The notes beneath the pieces are model-generated. The model had not been told where the DNA came from and ran no database searches. It saw only the letters and a list, made by a program, of their open reading frames with translations. The position numbers and the translations under genes were made by a program. From Felis catus (lineage: Eukaryota), in assembly GCF_018350175.1 (NCBI RefSeq), contig NC_058383.1:14386001-14450000 (forward strand): DNA of 64,000 nt, given 5' to 3'. Position 1 is the first letter of the stretch, and each line of letters starts with the position of its first letter. This document shows, one piece after another, positions 12,548 to 24,250 of the stretch.

Positions 12548-13597
12548 TTTCTTTTTAAATTTAAAATTTAGTGAACCTACAGCGCAATATTGATTTCAGG
12601 AGTAGAATTCATTGATGCATCACTCACGTATAACACCCAGCGCTCATCCCAAGTGCCTTCCTTAATGCCCATCACCCATCTAGCCCATCCCCCACTCACC
12701 TCCGTCCATCAACCCTGTTTGTTCTCTATCATTAAGAGTTTCTAGTGGTTTGCCTCCCTCTCTCTTTGCCCCCCTTCCTGTGTTCGTATGTTTTGTTTCT
12801 TAAATTCCACGTATGAGTAAAATCATATGGTATTTGTCTTTCTCTGATTATTTCACTTAGCTTAGTAGTCTCTAGCTCCATCCACGTCATTGCAAATGGC
12901 AAATCTCCTTCTTTTTGATGGCTCAGTAATAACAGCCCATTGTGTGTGTATATATATGTATATGCATATGTATAAGTACATATACATATACTTATATATA
13001 TACATATATATATACGTGTGTATATATATATGTATATATACATATATACGTATATGTATGTATATATGTATATATATATGTATAAGTACATATACATATA
13101 CTTATATTTATACATATATACACATATATATGTATGTATATATACATACATGTATATACACATGTATATATACATATATACATATATTATATATATGTGT
13201 GTGTATATATGTATATACATATGTATAAGTACATATACATATACTTGTATATGCATATATACATACATATATATGTATGTATATATACATACATACATGT
13301 ACATGCATATGTATATATACATATATACATATACTTATATATGTGTGTATACATATATATTATACATATGTATATATGTATATGCATATACTTGTATATA
13401 CACATCTATATATCTGTATATCTATCTCTATGTATATATCACATTGATGAGGATGTGGAGAAAGGGGAACCCCCTTGCACTGTTGGTAGGAATGCAAACT
13501 GGTCCAGCCACTGTGGAGAACAGTATGGAGGTTCCTCAAAAAACTAAAAATAGAACTCCCCTACGATCCCGCAGTTGCACCGTTAGGTATTTATCCT
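12548..13597 (-). mobile_element. Carnivore L1, 5'-truncated with 5' inversion
   Basis: minus-strand 3' UTR and T-rich tail from ~12548; plus-strand segment 13444-13597 translates [47 protein letters not shown] (L1 ORF2p C-terminus); degenerate TSD TCTTTTTGCTTTTCTT / TCCTTTTGATTTTCTT. Confidence 0.88.
12941..13440. repeat. ~500 bp complex (TA/TG/CA)n microsatellite
   Basis: continuous alternating purine-pyrimidine array inside the L1. Confidence 0.97.
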
Positions 13598-13673
13598 TTT
13601 GATTTTCTTAACACTTTCTTTTCTCTAGCTTACTTTATGGTAAGGAGTTGGCATTTCAAAAATAAAACATGCA

Positions 13674-13905
13674 GGGGCGCCTGGGTGGCGCAGTCGGTGA
13701 AGCGTCCGACTTCAGCCAGGTCATGATCTCATGGTCTGTGAGTTCGAGCCCCGCGTCAGGCTCTGGGCTGATGGCTCAGAGCCTGGAGCCTGTTTCCGAT
13801 TCTGTGTCTCCCTCTCTCTGTGCCCCTCCCCCGTTCATGCTCTGTCTCTCTCTGTCCCAAAAATAAATAAACGTTGAAAAAAAATTTTTTTTTAAATAAA
13901 TAAAT
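13674..13905 (+). mobile_element. Young Can-SINE (SINEC_Fc)
   Basis: CpG-rich body, GACTTCAGCCAGGTCA variant; perfect TSD AAATAAAACATGCA at 13660-13673 and 13906-13919. Confidence 0.96.
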
Positions 13906-14765
13906 AAATAAAACATGCAAAATATGAGCTGATCGACTATGTTGTTGGTAAGGCTCCTGCTCAACAGGATATTAGTAGTTGAGTTTTGGGGGAGTCAAAA
14001 GTTGTCTTCGGATTTTCCGCTACACAGGAGGTCGGCACCCCTAAACCCTACGCTGTGGGAGGGTCATCTATACATGACACCATATTGTCATTTTTCCCTT
14101 TTCCTCCCAAAACACATCCTAACAAGAGCCGTATCTTGAAGGAATGACCCACATGGAGAGATGGGGGGCCAGGGTCTCCCTTTAGCATTCCTTAGTTCAC
14201 ATGCTTGTGGATGGATGGGTTTCTTTCAGCCCCCCGGTTTCCCCTTGGATCCAATCAAATTGCATGAGCAAATAAATATTTTAGTGGAAATGGTCAGTGT
14301 CCAGAGGAAATAGTTCTGACTTCTGCTACTGCTTGTGTTGAAATTTGGACACGTCCCAGGTGTCTGGGCTGGGTGTTGGTGCAGAGATCAGCACAGCATA
14401 GTCTTGTCTCCAGGGAGCTCAGTCTAAGCCCCACTCGTGCCGGGGTTGGTTGGGGCTCTCTTGGGGCCTTTTCCACCTGAGCACCGAGTGCAGAAATGGG
14501 TCCCTCGGCCCCTCTGCCAGGGCACATGTGTGCGTCCTCTACTGTCAGGACGTCCTTGACGGGGCCCTGATTCACCCTCATGGTGAAGAAATACGTGCAC
14601 TTGGTGAGGAGAAGGAAATGAGCTTTGGTTGGCTCCCTTCTCTGCCCTTCTCCTTCCTTCTTCACATCATGCAACACTCTCCATGCCTTTGCCTCTCCTC
14701 TCTGAACAGTGCAAGTATTTCTGTTTAGATCTGTCAGGTTCCTTCTCCCTCCCTCCCTTTCTCTC

Positions 14766-14770
<5 letters not shown>

Positions 14771-14811
<41 letters not shown>

Positions 14812-14813
14812 AC
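14771..14813. repeat. (CA)n microsatellite
   Basis: near-perfect CA run. Confidence 0.95.
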
Positions 14814-14828
14814 CCACCCCTTCACTAT

Positions 14829-15650
14829 TTTCTTTCTTACTGAAGTCAGGTTGACCTACAATGTTATATTAGTTTCAGGTGGTCAATACAGAGATTCGAC
14901 AGTTCTATACATTACTCAGTGCTCATTGTGATAAATAGTCATCATCTATCACCAAACGTCGTTGCTCCAGTAGTATTGACTTGTCGGGCTGACCCCTGGC
15001 ACCTCAGCATGGACTGTATTTGGAAGCTGGTCTTTAAAGAGGTCATTAAGTTGGGGCCCCTGGGGGGCTCAGTCGGTTAAGCGTCCGATCTCACAGGTCA
15101 TGATCTCACGGACAATTCCCTTGCTTCCTGTCTCCATGAAGTTTATTTTATACCTGCAGGTTTGAACCTCTCAGATCCCTTTATCTGTTTCACCGACCCC
15201 TTCACCCCTCTGGCGACCCCTAGTTTGTTCTCTGAATTTATGAGTCTGTTTCTATTTTCTGTTGTTGTGGTTTATTTTGTTTTTTCAGATTCTACATATA
15301 GTGAAATCGTAGGGTCTTTGTCTTTCTTTATGTGACTTGTTTTACTTAACGTCACACCCGGTAAATCCGTCCATGTTGTCTTGAGTGGCAAGATTTGGAA
15401 AACAGTATGGAGGCTCCTCACAAAAATGAAAAAACAGAAATATTATATGCTGCAGTAATTCCACTACTGGCTATTTACCGAAAGAAAACAGAAACACTAA
15501 TTTGAAAAGAACAAGCGCCCCTGTGTTTATTGCAGGATAAATTATTTATAACACTCAAGATATGGAAACAATCAGAGCTCCACTAACAGAGGAATGGATG
15601 ACTATGGGGTTTATACACAGTAGAGTATTACTCGGGCATTAAAAAAAAAT
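14829..15650 (-). mobile_element. Carnivore L1 3' fragment with 5' inversion (junction ~15396), interrupted at ~14982-15114
   Basis: minus-strand GTTGACCTACAATGTTATATTAGTTTCAGGTG...CCATGTTGTC...GGCAAGATTT, then plus-strand GGAAAACAGTATGGAGG...TATTACTCGGGCATTAAAAAAAAAT; flanks CCTTCACTAT / CCTTTACTAT. Confidence 0.85.
14992..15105 (-). repeat. Inverted local duplication of 17441-17554 (MLT1/SINE junction)
   Basis: reverse complement of 17441-17554 with 2 mismatches in 114 bp (manual alignment). Confidence 0.93.
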
Positions 15651-15799
15651 ACCTTTACTATGGATGGCCTTGATGGCTCTACTTCACGTCGTTACACACA
15701 GGGAAGAATGAGGTCCATCAGCTTTTTTACGAAGCAGAGGAGAGAAGCCTAGGAGAGTCTACGCTGGGTCCTGGGTGAACAATGACCACGGAAATAGCT

Positions 15800-15975
15800 G
15801 TCTTTACTGAGCACGCATTACCATGTGCCAGGGCCTGTGCTAACTACCCTCCATAGATTAATAACCTATTCTTCAAAAGAGGGCTGTAGATGAGGCAGAA
15901 AGACCTTGCGTCGTTTGCCCACGGCTAGCAGTGGCAGGGCCAGATTTAAATGTAGTGCCGAGGTCTGACCCCCAG
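15800..15975 (-). mobile_element. MIR fragment
   Basis: TTTACTGAGCAC...ATGTGCCAGG...TTTGCCCACGGCTAGCAGTGGCAGGGCCAGATTTAAA. Confidence 0.7.
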
Positions 15976-16956
15976 CACGTGGGGCCCTAACCACCAAGTC
16001 CTGAGCAGGCTTGGGAAGGGAGTCGTGTCTTGGCACGGCCCCCGTCACTGGAGGACGTTTGACGGTCGCACTGGAGGCTGGTGACCTCTCTGCTGGAATT
16101 GGAAATGACCCTAGTGCGCCTCCAGCCCACGGTCACCCTTCCCTCCTCTCTTCAAGTGTGTGGGAGGTCGGAGGGTTCCGGGAGTGTCTGTGCTTGGCCC
16201 AGAGAGTGGTAAAATCCGCAAGCCCAGTGGCTGCCCGTGTCATCAGAGCTGAGGGAGCCACGTGTGGTGTGCCCGGGAAGCAAAGAAAGGACTCAGAAGG
16301 GGTTCGTGTTCGTGGAAGCACATAGAAGAAGCTCTCCGGGCTTAAGGGTGAGGGGCTTTGAGGCGGGAGGGGCAGGTCCCACAGGAATGCCCAGGGGCTG
16401 CAGACCAACATCGGTGCGCCTTCCCGCCTTCCCCGGAGTGTCTGCGGGCACGAAGCAGTGATGGAGCGAACGGGACGCGTGGCCACCTCTCTTCGGTGAG
16501 GGTGGGGAGGCCCTTGGCATTAGAGGGGAACGTTTCCCCCAGAGAAAGCTGCAAGCCACATGGCCCATTTCGTGCCCACCACGATGGTGAGGCCACTAGC
16601 TATGGTTTGAACCGAGGGAGCCAAGATGAGGCCCTGCCCTCCCCCTCCCAGCACTGAGAGCCCCCAGTGACACGAGACACTCTCTGCCTCCCCTCCCAGG
16701 CCCGTCCCGCCCCGCCTTCCTGTCCTTGTCCCTGAGAAGGAGGGTGAGGAAGAGCAGGTGTTTTGGAGCCCGACACGGCCTTCTCTCCTATTCCAGACTC
16801 TTCCAGCTGTGCTGGTACAAGGTAGGAGGGCTGGGGCAGAAGGAGATCATTGTTCCTAACTGTCCCAAGAGGGAAATTCGGATCTCTGTCCTCCAACCAG
16901 GAACAGAGCCTAGATAAATCATCGGATGTTTCTGTCTCAGGTAGCTAACCCGCCTC

Positions 16957-17590
16957 TGTGTCTTAGTCTCCAAGGCTGCCGTGACAGTTTACTGCAGACT
17001 AGGTGGGGGCGGGGGGGGGGGCACTCTAGCAACAGGTGCTGATTTTCTCACACTTCTGGAGGCTGGAAGTCTGAGGTCAAGGTGTGGGCAGGGCTGGTTT
17101 CTCTGAGCCCTCCCTCCTTGCCTTGCAGAGATGGCCGTCTTCTCCCCGTACCCCCACAGGGTCGTCCCTCCTGCGTGTCCGTGTCCACATTCCCTCTTCT
17201 TACGAGGACAACAGCCACCTTGGATCAGGGCCCACCCTAATGACCTTGTTTTAACTTAATTACCTCTTTTTTTTTAATTTTTAAAAAAATTTTAAAATAT
17301 TTACTTGTTTTTGAGAGAGAGAGAGAGAATGCAAGAGGGGGAGGGGCAGAGAGAGAGGGAGACACGGAATCCCAAGCAGGCTCCAGGCTCCGAGCTGTCC
17401 GCACAGAGCCCGACGCGGGGCTGGAACTCACGAGCTGTGGGATCATGACCTGTGAGATCGGACGCTTAACCGACTGAGCCCCCCAGGCGCCCCAACTTAA
17501 TGACCTCTTTAAAGACCAGTTTCCAAATACAGTCCATGCTGAGGTGCCAGGGGTAAGGACTCCAACAAGGATTTTGAGGAGACCGCGTGA
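16957..17590 (-). mobile_element. MaLR solo LTR (MLT1B-like), split by SINE
   Basis: TCTCACACTTCTGGAGGCTGGAAGTCTGAGGTCAAGGTG...GGGCCCACCCTAATGACC...TTCCAAATACAGTC. Confidence 0.88.
17270..17493 (-). mobile_element. Can-SINE
   Basis: reverse-strand SINE; TSD AACTTAATTACCTCTTT (17253-17269) / AACTTAATGACCTCTTT (17494-17510). Confidence 0.95.
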
Positions 17591-18221
17591 ATTTCGCTCC
17601 CGAATGCTCCATTACATGTGGCCCACTGCGGCCCCGTGGGGAGCACGCCGGTTTCCTGGAACGCTGGCTCAGATTGCCACCAACAGCCTGCCAGGGTTAG
17701 CGATGTCCTCCGCGGCTGCCCACGCGTGTTCTCGTTGCTGCGGACGGATGGATGGCAAGGCCAGAAGTGCCAGGAACACCATCTGTGGGCTCAGTAGGAA
17801 CAGCTTCGAGAATGCAGGTGCTCTGTGCAGCGACTCGTCCTACAGATGGCTGCGACTTTGGGGAAGAAGAACATCCACAAAATGTATTCTACTCCATGAG
17901 AAAAGGCAGTTTGCAAAACAGATAGGACAGCATGATTCTATTTTAAAAGGATGTATGTGTCCACTTGCACACGTGACCATGTCTTGTATCCAAAGATGTC
18001 TTGCAACCAAAGATGTCTGAGGGCACAGCCCACGGTGGGGTTTATCCTTGTGGGCAGGAAGGTGGGCGGTTGCCATTTCTGGAAGTTCTTAACCTCTGTT
18101 TGCCGTGTCTTCTATGATGACTTTATATTGCTTTTGTAACATAAAAGAGAGAAAGGGCTATGAACGAAGGGAAAGGGAGACCCAGAGAAGGCAAATGCTC
18201 TACCTCGGAGCTGGGAGTCAG

Positions 18222-18715
18222 TGCCTGAAATTGGGATTTCTGGGCCAGGACTTGAAATGTGCCAAAAATCCAGAAATACCAAAATTAAAAGCACCAGATC
18301 AATGAAAGAGTGTTTAGTAAAAGTTTATTGTGCATATAAGAACAGTGTGCTAACTGGGAGCTTTCAAGCCCAAAACTGATAGGAAACTCAGCAGCGTGAG
18401 GTTACAGGATGGCTTATAAAGTGAATATGGGGATGTCGTTGAACTTTTACGATAATTCGTCATTACGTGGGGGCTTTCCAGATGGCAGGGGATTGGTTAA
18501 AAGTGATTTTCTTATAGTGTCTTTAGGACCGTGACTTAAATCTCTTTTATGCTTATCAGAGGCATTGACAAATACCCTAAGTTGTTTTTCACTTATGGTC
18601 CGTGAAATACTAGGTTCCCTTTTGCTTGTGTGGTTTAAGGGGTTTCTGTCTGCTCAGGGAATTTCCAAGTCTGGCCTCCATTTTGTGTGGAGTTAGGGGT
18701 TGGGGTCCAAGAGTT
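18222..18715 (-). mobile_element. Probable ERV solo LTR (family unassigned)
   Basis: AT-rich ~500 bp block carrying, on the minus strand and in LTR order, CCAAT, TTTATAA and AATAAA signals. Confidence 0.5.
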
Positions 18716-18790
18716 AGGGGTTGGGGTCCAAGAGTTTGGGGTTGGGGTCCAAGAGTTTGGGGTTGGGGTCCAAGAGAGAACGGGGTCCAA
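18690..18790. repeat. 21-bp G-rich minisatellite, 4 units plus a partial variant
   Basis: GAGTT(A/T)GGGGTTGGGGTCCAA at 18690, 18711, 18732, 18753. Confidence 0.95.
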
Positions 18791-20933
18791 GAGAGAATGG
18801 AGGGGATGAACGTTTGCCCAGAGTCAGGATGGCCGGGAGAGGATGGGGATACGGCGGAGGCTGGGACCCCATCTGTACAGCCATGAAGCAGCCATGAGGT
18901 AACTGCCAGGCTGCCTCAGAAAGCCCTGCAGGTGGATGTCCAAGCAAGAGCAGATAACCGCATCAAAGAGATGAATAGGGTTGAAAGATGGCATTTAATG
19001 TCCCTCCTAACCCTGAGAGTCTGTGATCCTGTAAAAATGCAAAAGCCCTAAGTTGAGCCGTCTTTGAGGACACGGTGACATTTGATGCTAAGAGCATCTG
19101 TTGATATTTTCTTTGAAACCTGCACTGTGCCAACTCTACCTGTAAGGATGACCCACAGGACGTTGGAATACTTCGTAAGTCTCCATAGCAACTCTTTCGG
19201 CGGAAGTGTATTTTTAGGGGGATCCGAAGGCAGGAGGACAGCGGGGCGTTATTTCTTTCATCTGTATACTTCATGTCCACGTTCACTACCGTTTAATGAA
19301 ATGGCATTTCTGTCTCAGATTCTTCCTTTGCCTGATTTTAATACCATCACCTGTCATGGGTTCCCAGTTCAGGCCGGGTGTGCAGATGGGCTGATCACGG
19401 ACAGGTGTTCTGCCCGGACCAGGAGCGTTTCCGGTCTCGGGGATGGCGACCGGGAGGCTGTTTCGTAAGTGGGAGAGATTGACTGTAACCGAAACCTGGT
19501 CCAAGCGTGCCGGCTCAGATCACCGGCAAGAGAAGGTAGTGCAGGTGGGAGCATTTTCGTTTCATAACGAGTGGTCTGGAGATTCCCAGGAAAAGCGTCC
19601 TTAAACTCGGACAAGTCACGAACAAGGCCATTTGCTCTGGCCTCCATCTGCTTGAGATGCGCTCCCGAGTTCTTTTTCCCCCCTCCAGATTTTACCTGTT
19701 CCACTAGAGCCATTTCAAATCCATATTCTTCCTCTGTAAATCCAACCCTGGCTCCTCCATCCCCATTGATGGCTTTCTCCTATAAATTTCCTGGAGCGAT
19801 TATCGGCAGTTCACTGCACCGCTTTGTGCTGTGTCTCATTACGCTCTTGAATGTCTACGAAAACATTGTTGTGTGCTTCTGTCTCCTCAGTGTCAAGTGC
19901 CGTGAACACGGTAGGCATTCAGTAAAGACTCTCTGTGTGTTTTGAAGGCCACGGTGATGGTGGGCAGTAATTGTCTACTGCACATTGATTTTGTACTTGG
20001 CTGAGGTTGACCTGGATGGCGGTCCTCTTTGTCCCTCCATCCTGCCATCGTCGCAGGTGACTTCAGCGTCTCCAGGGCTGCCCCTTCTAGCACACTGGCT
20101 CTCTGATCCTTGGCTTCCTCCTCTCCACCGTCCTCCTGCACTTGGCTTCGTACCCCCGCTCTTGTGGCCACACCTCTGGAGCTCGTCATAACCTACAAAG
20201 CGGTAATGCAGACATGCGTCCCCTGATACATCGTTGCACCACTGGCGTTCCCACTCTGGACGTTCTTTGATGGCATAGGAACTTGGAGAACACGACCCCC
20301 TCTTCTTTCTGTTGTGGGGGCTCCTCTTCCATTACCCCTCCTTCCCTACTTTAGATTCCAGGGTTCATCATCAGTCATGCCGTTAACTACACAGTAAGTG
20401 CTCCGGGTCCTTCGTCTCTTTGTCATACACGTATGGCAGAGCTCAACCCTGGATGGGTCTCTTCCCGATGGACTCATGCCCTGGGTGGTGTTAGGGACCC
20501 TTACTCCAGGGAAGACGGGCTTCTGATCACCAAACCCACAGTGTTAGGGTGATTCCGACTCTCCGTAGTTAGTGTTTCAGTTTGGCCACCCTCCCAATCC
20601 AAACTTCTGACCACCCTTCTCCCATGTACCAAGGGAACACATCTTCTGTCACCGAGGAAGCAGAAGATATCCTCAGCTCCATGGCTGCAGACACAGACTT
20701 CTAGAAATATCACCACCTTCTCCTCCTTCCCTCCTATTACACTAGAGGGACGCTGTCTTCTCCTAAGTGGGTTCCTTCACCTACATTCAGGATGCAGTCC
20801 CCTGTCTTCATAGGCTCTCTGTGCTGTTTATTAATAAGCCCTTTCCTCTTTATTCAGCCTTCCCCCACCCGCAAAGAGGTCTGTCCCACTGGTCTTCAAA
20901 CATGCCTGAGCTCTTGCATTAAAAAACAGAACA

Positions 20934-21153
20934 GAGGTACGTGGCTGGCTCAGTCGCTGGAGTGTCCGACCCTTGATTTCAGCTCAGGTCATGATCCCAG
21001 AGTCGTGGGATCAAACAAACCCTGCTTCAGGCTCTGGGCTGAGCGTGGACACTGCTTGGGATTCTCATTCTCTCTCCCTCTGCCTCTCACTCATGTTCGT
21101 GCTCTCTCTCTCTGTCAAAAAAAAAATAATGTAAATAAATAAATAGATAAATA
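20934..21153 (+). mobile_element. Older Can-SINE
   Basis: TGGCTGGCTCAGTCG...CTTGATTTCAGCTCAGGTCATGATCCCAG...TGCTTGGGATTCTC, (TAAA)n tail. Confidence 0.9.
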
Positions 21154-21334
21154 AGTCATTAACAACACAGATCAATGTCATATTTGCTGGCATCTACTCT
21201 CTATTGTCCCTCATGGCCACAACTCTTAATTTTTGCTCACCATTTCCTCACCTCCTATCCATTCCTGTAGCAGATCATCTCTTCCAAAGATAACCACACC
21301 AGTATAAATCCCACCTCTTGTGCTCTTCTGACAG

Positions 21335-21815
21335 TGTATCACTGATGTGGCTCCACTGAGAAGTTGGGTCCTGGGAAGACCTTTGGAACTGTCTGAGCCA
21401 ATAGAACGTGGTGGAGTATCGCTGTTCGACCTCTGAGGTTGGGTCATAACAGGCAACATGGTGTTTCTCTTTCTCTCAACACACATCTTGGGAGCCTTGA
21501 GTCAACATGTAAGAAGTCTGGCTTCCCCAAAGCCGCCATGTTGGGATGGCCATGTGGTGAGGCCACATGGACACAAAGAGAGATGCCCAAGGAGCCCTGC
21601 CATTTAAGTTTTCCTAGTCTCAACCACCAGGCATGGGCATGAGGAAGACTTTGGATGATTCCAGGCTCCCAGCCTTTGAATTGCCCTAACTCACACCGAG
21701 GAGAATAGAAACAAAGCCATCCCCACAGAGCCCTGCCCAAATTGTAGATTCACAGGCAAAATGTATGAGCAAAGACACTGTTACAGCCCACAGTTCAGGA
21801 GTAGTTTGTTAGCCC
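21335..21815 (+). mobile_element. MaLR LTR (MLT1G/H-like)
   Basis: CCAATAGAA...CATGTAAGAAGTCTGGCT...GCCGCCATGTTG...AGAGCCCTGCCCAAATTGTAGATTC...GTAGTTTGTTA. Confidence 0.8.
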
Positions 21816-22359
21816 AGTCAACTCTTAAAATATCCCAGGCCACCTTTGCCCCATCACATGCTTAAAATGGCTCTTACCATATTGCTAAGTCTGGCAGGTT
21901 ATTGCTTAGACCTTCTTTCTCTGGACAATTAGCCTCTACACTGTTGACCGCCCATCCCTGAACTGCTAGATTCCGTTGGGATCCATCATATAACCCTCTT
22001 CTGGACTCTCTTGATTTTCTTCTACTTCCCAGGCTACTTCTTTTCCCTTTTTATACATGATTTTGTGCCTGTTAAATGCAGAAATTGTTCAAGACTCAAA
22101 CCTAGTCTTTCTTCTGTTTCCATTCTCTTCTCCCCCATCTAGGCAAGTTACTCTAGGTTCACATGCCTATGAACCCCTTCTGTGGACGAATCACAATTTC
22201 TATCTTCTCCGGGCTCCTGACCCATATGTCCAGTTTCCTGCTGACAGTTCCCTCTTGGAAACGTCAGTGTTAACCTCAGATTCAACAGGGCCAAGATTTC
22301 AAAACTGTACTCGTGATCTGCTCCTCTCTCCACCTGCTCTGCCTCGAGGTTCATGAAAT

Positions 22360-23690
22360 TCAGTCATCGCTTGGACGCTGTCCTACCAAGACTTTGCGTA
22401 AGACAGGGAAAGTTCTTGCTCTCGTGAGCCTTTGTTCTAGATATTTGGAGCAGACAAATACATAAGTAGGTAAATAAATACATTGAAGGATAGGGACAAA
22501 TACCAGACAGCCAATTCTACAAAAGGTAACGCGCCAAAGACAGTCTGGCCGTCATGAAGAGAGGACACGAAGGCAGAGACACGAATGATAAAAAGAGCCA
22601 TTGTGCAAATGAGAAATGGAATACTGGTAGAGGATATGTTCTAAACCCAATTGTGGTGATCGTCGCACAACTCTGTGACCATGCGGTAAACTGTTGACTT
22701 ACACGCTCCGAGGAAGCGGATCGTGGTTTGTGAATTATAATCCCGATAAGCTTTTGTTAAATAAAACTGAGCCACCACATAGAGACTGGGGGGGGTGGGG
22801 TGGAGAGGAGCATTCATGGCAGAGAGAACAGTGATGAAAAGACCCCGAGTAGAAACAAAATCTTGGAATTTGCGGGAAGGTCAGCGGATCCCCTTGCACA
22901 CTCGGGACAGTGAAGGGAATGACGATCGGAGGTGGACCGAAGAGGAAGGCACCAGCCGGATCGTGCAGCGAAGCCGGGCCTGGGGCTTGAATTGTGTCCT
23001 AAATGGGGTGAAAACCATGGGGTAGAGGAGGGAGGTGGCAGGACCCGGCTTGAAAAGATCCCTCCAGCTCCTGGGTGGAGAAGGGACTGTAAGAGACACA
23101 CGTAGAGGCCAGGAGGCCAGCGTGGAGGCTGCCGCAGGAGGCCAGGCAGGACAGGCAATTGGTCAGACTAAAGGGTGGATGCGGGCTGTGGGGAGAACTG
23201 GGTGTAGTGGGGCTGTGTTTTGGAGCTGCAGTCAACAGAACCTGTGGGGGGCATGCAGTGCGGGGGACGAGGGCCCGAGAAGGATTGAGCATGATCCCTA
23301 GACCTTGGCCTGAGCCGTGGGGTGGAGGGTGGTGGTACCATTTCTAGGTGGCAGAGACTTGGGGGCGAGTGCAGAGCTCCACTTTGGCCGTGTTAAGTCT
23401 GAGAAGCCTGTTGGGCATGCAGGTGGGTGGAAACGCCTCGTAGGCAGCTGGATTTATGAGCCTGCGGAAATCAGGGCTGGAGTGAAAGCTCTGGGAGCTC
23501 GGTGTTGTTATTTAGCCCCACGGGGCTGCAGAGGTCACTGAGGGAAAACGGGTGGTTACACAGCGAGGACAGGAGACAGGGTGCAGAGCCCTGAGGACAC
23601 CGACATACAAAGAAGGAACAGCCTTTGAGCAGAAAGGAAACCCGTGGACCTTTGACCAAAAAGGAAAGTGAGGGGTCCTGCCGCCCGGCC
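22360..23690 (-). mobile_element. L2 LINE, degraded, containing an old L1M 3' fragment at ~22630-22760
   Basis: purine-rich L2 reverse pattern (AAGTCTGAGAAGCCTGTTGG...GCAGCTGGATTTATGAG); L1M piece TGTGGTGATCGTCGCACAACTCTGTGA...TGTGAATTATA. Confidence 0.6.
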
Positions 23691-23739
23691 GGTTACCCAG
23701 CCGGAAGCATCGTCCGCATCCCTCACCCGCTGTGTCCCA

Positions 23740-24250
23740 CTCAGCCATCGATGCTAAGTCCTGAATATTGCTCTGGTCTCTCCCACTGTGGCGCAGTCAC
23801 TGCACGGGTTGACCTCCACCCCCTGCTCGTTTCTATCCCAACTGCACGCTTAGGGTTTGTGGCAACAGGCAAGTTGGATCACGGCCCGCACGCTTGAGTG
23901 CCCCCACACGACGTAATGCAATGGTTGCCCTTGGCTTTTGGAGCTAGGAGTCTAATCCTTTACTTGGCCCCAGAGTCGGGGTGCTCTGGCCTCAGGTACC
24001 TCATCAGCCCCGGATGGAACAGTTTCAGCCTCGCTTTGCCCCTAGCACACCAGCCCTCCATCTCTTCTTCCTGCCACATCACCCCCCACCCCCCCACCCC
24101 ACCATCACAGGGCCTTTGCACATGCTAGTTCCTCTGCTGGGATGTGTTTTTCCCCCCCCTCTTCCACCAGTTAATTCCTCCTCATCTCTCTTTTAGAGCG
24201 TCTTCACGGCGTTCTCCAGGAGATCAGATGCCTCCATTATATGCCCTTAG
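23740..24250 (+). mobile_element. L2 LINE fragment
   Basis: CAGGGCCTTTGCACATGCTAGTTCCTCTGCTGGGATG is a typical L2 motif. Confidence 0.7.

Larger units (their letters stand above)
12433..14070 (+). mobile_element. Tigger2a-like (carnivore) TcMar DNA transposon, split by an L1 and a SINE
   Basis: left TIR TA-CAGCTGACCCTTGAACAACACGGGTTTGAACTGCACGGGTCCACTTA; body resumes ~13596 (TTTTCTCTAGCTTACTTTAT) and 13920; right end GCACCCCTAAACCC...GAGGGTCATCTA-TA. Confidence 0.85.

Noticed and set aside
12732..13602. Multiple long Tyr/Ile/Met-rich ORFs
   Set aside because: Translations of the (TA/TG)n array and L1 remnant; the true L1 ORF2 frame contains stops.
18690..18790. Possible CRISPR array or interstitial telomere
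   Set aside because: Tandem units with no unique spacers and no contiguous (TTAGGG)n; eukaryotic context.
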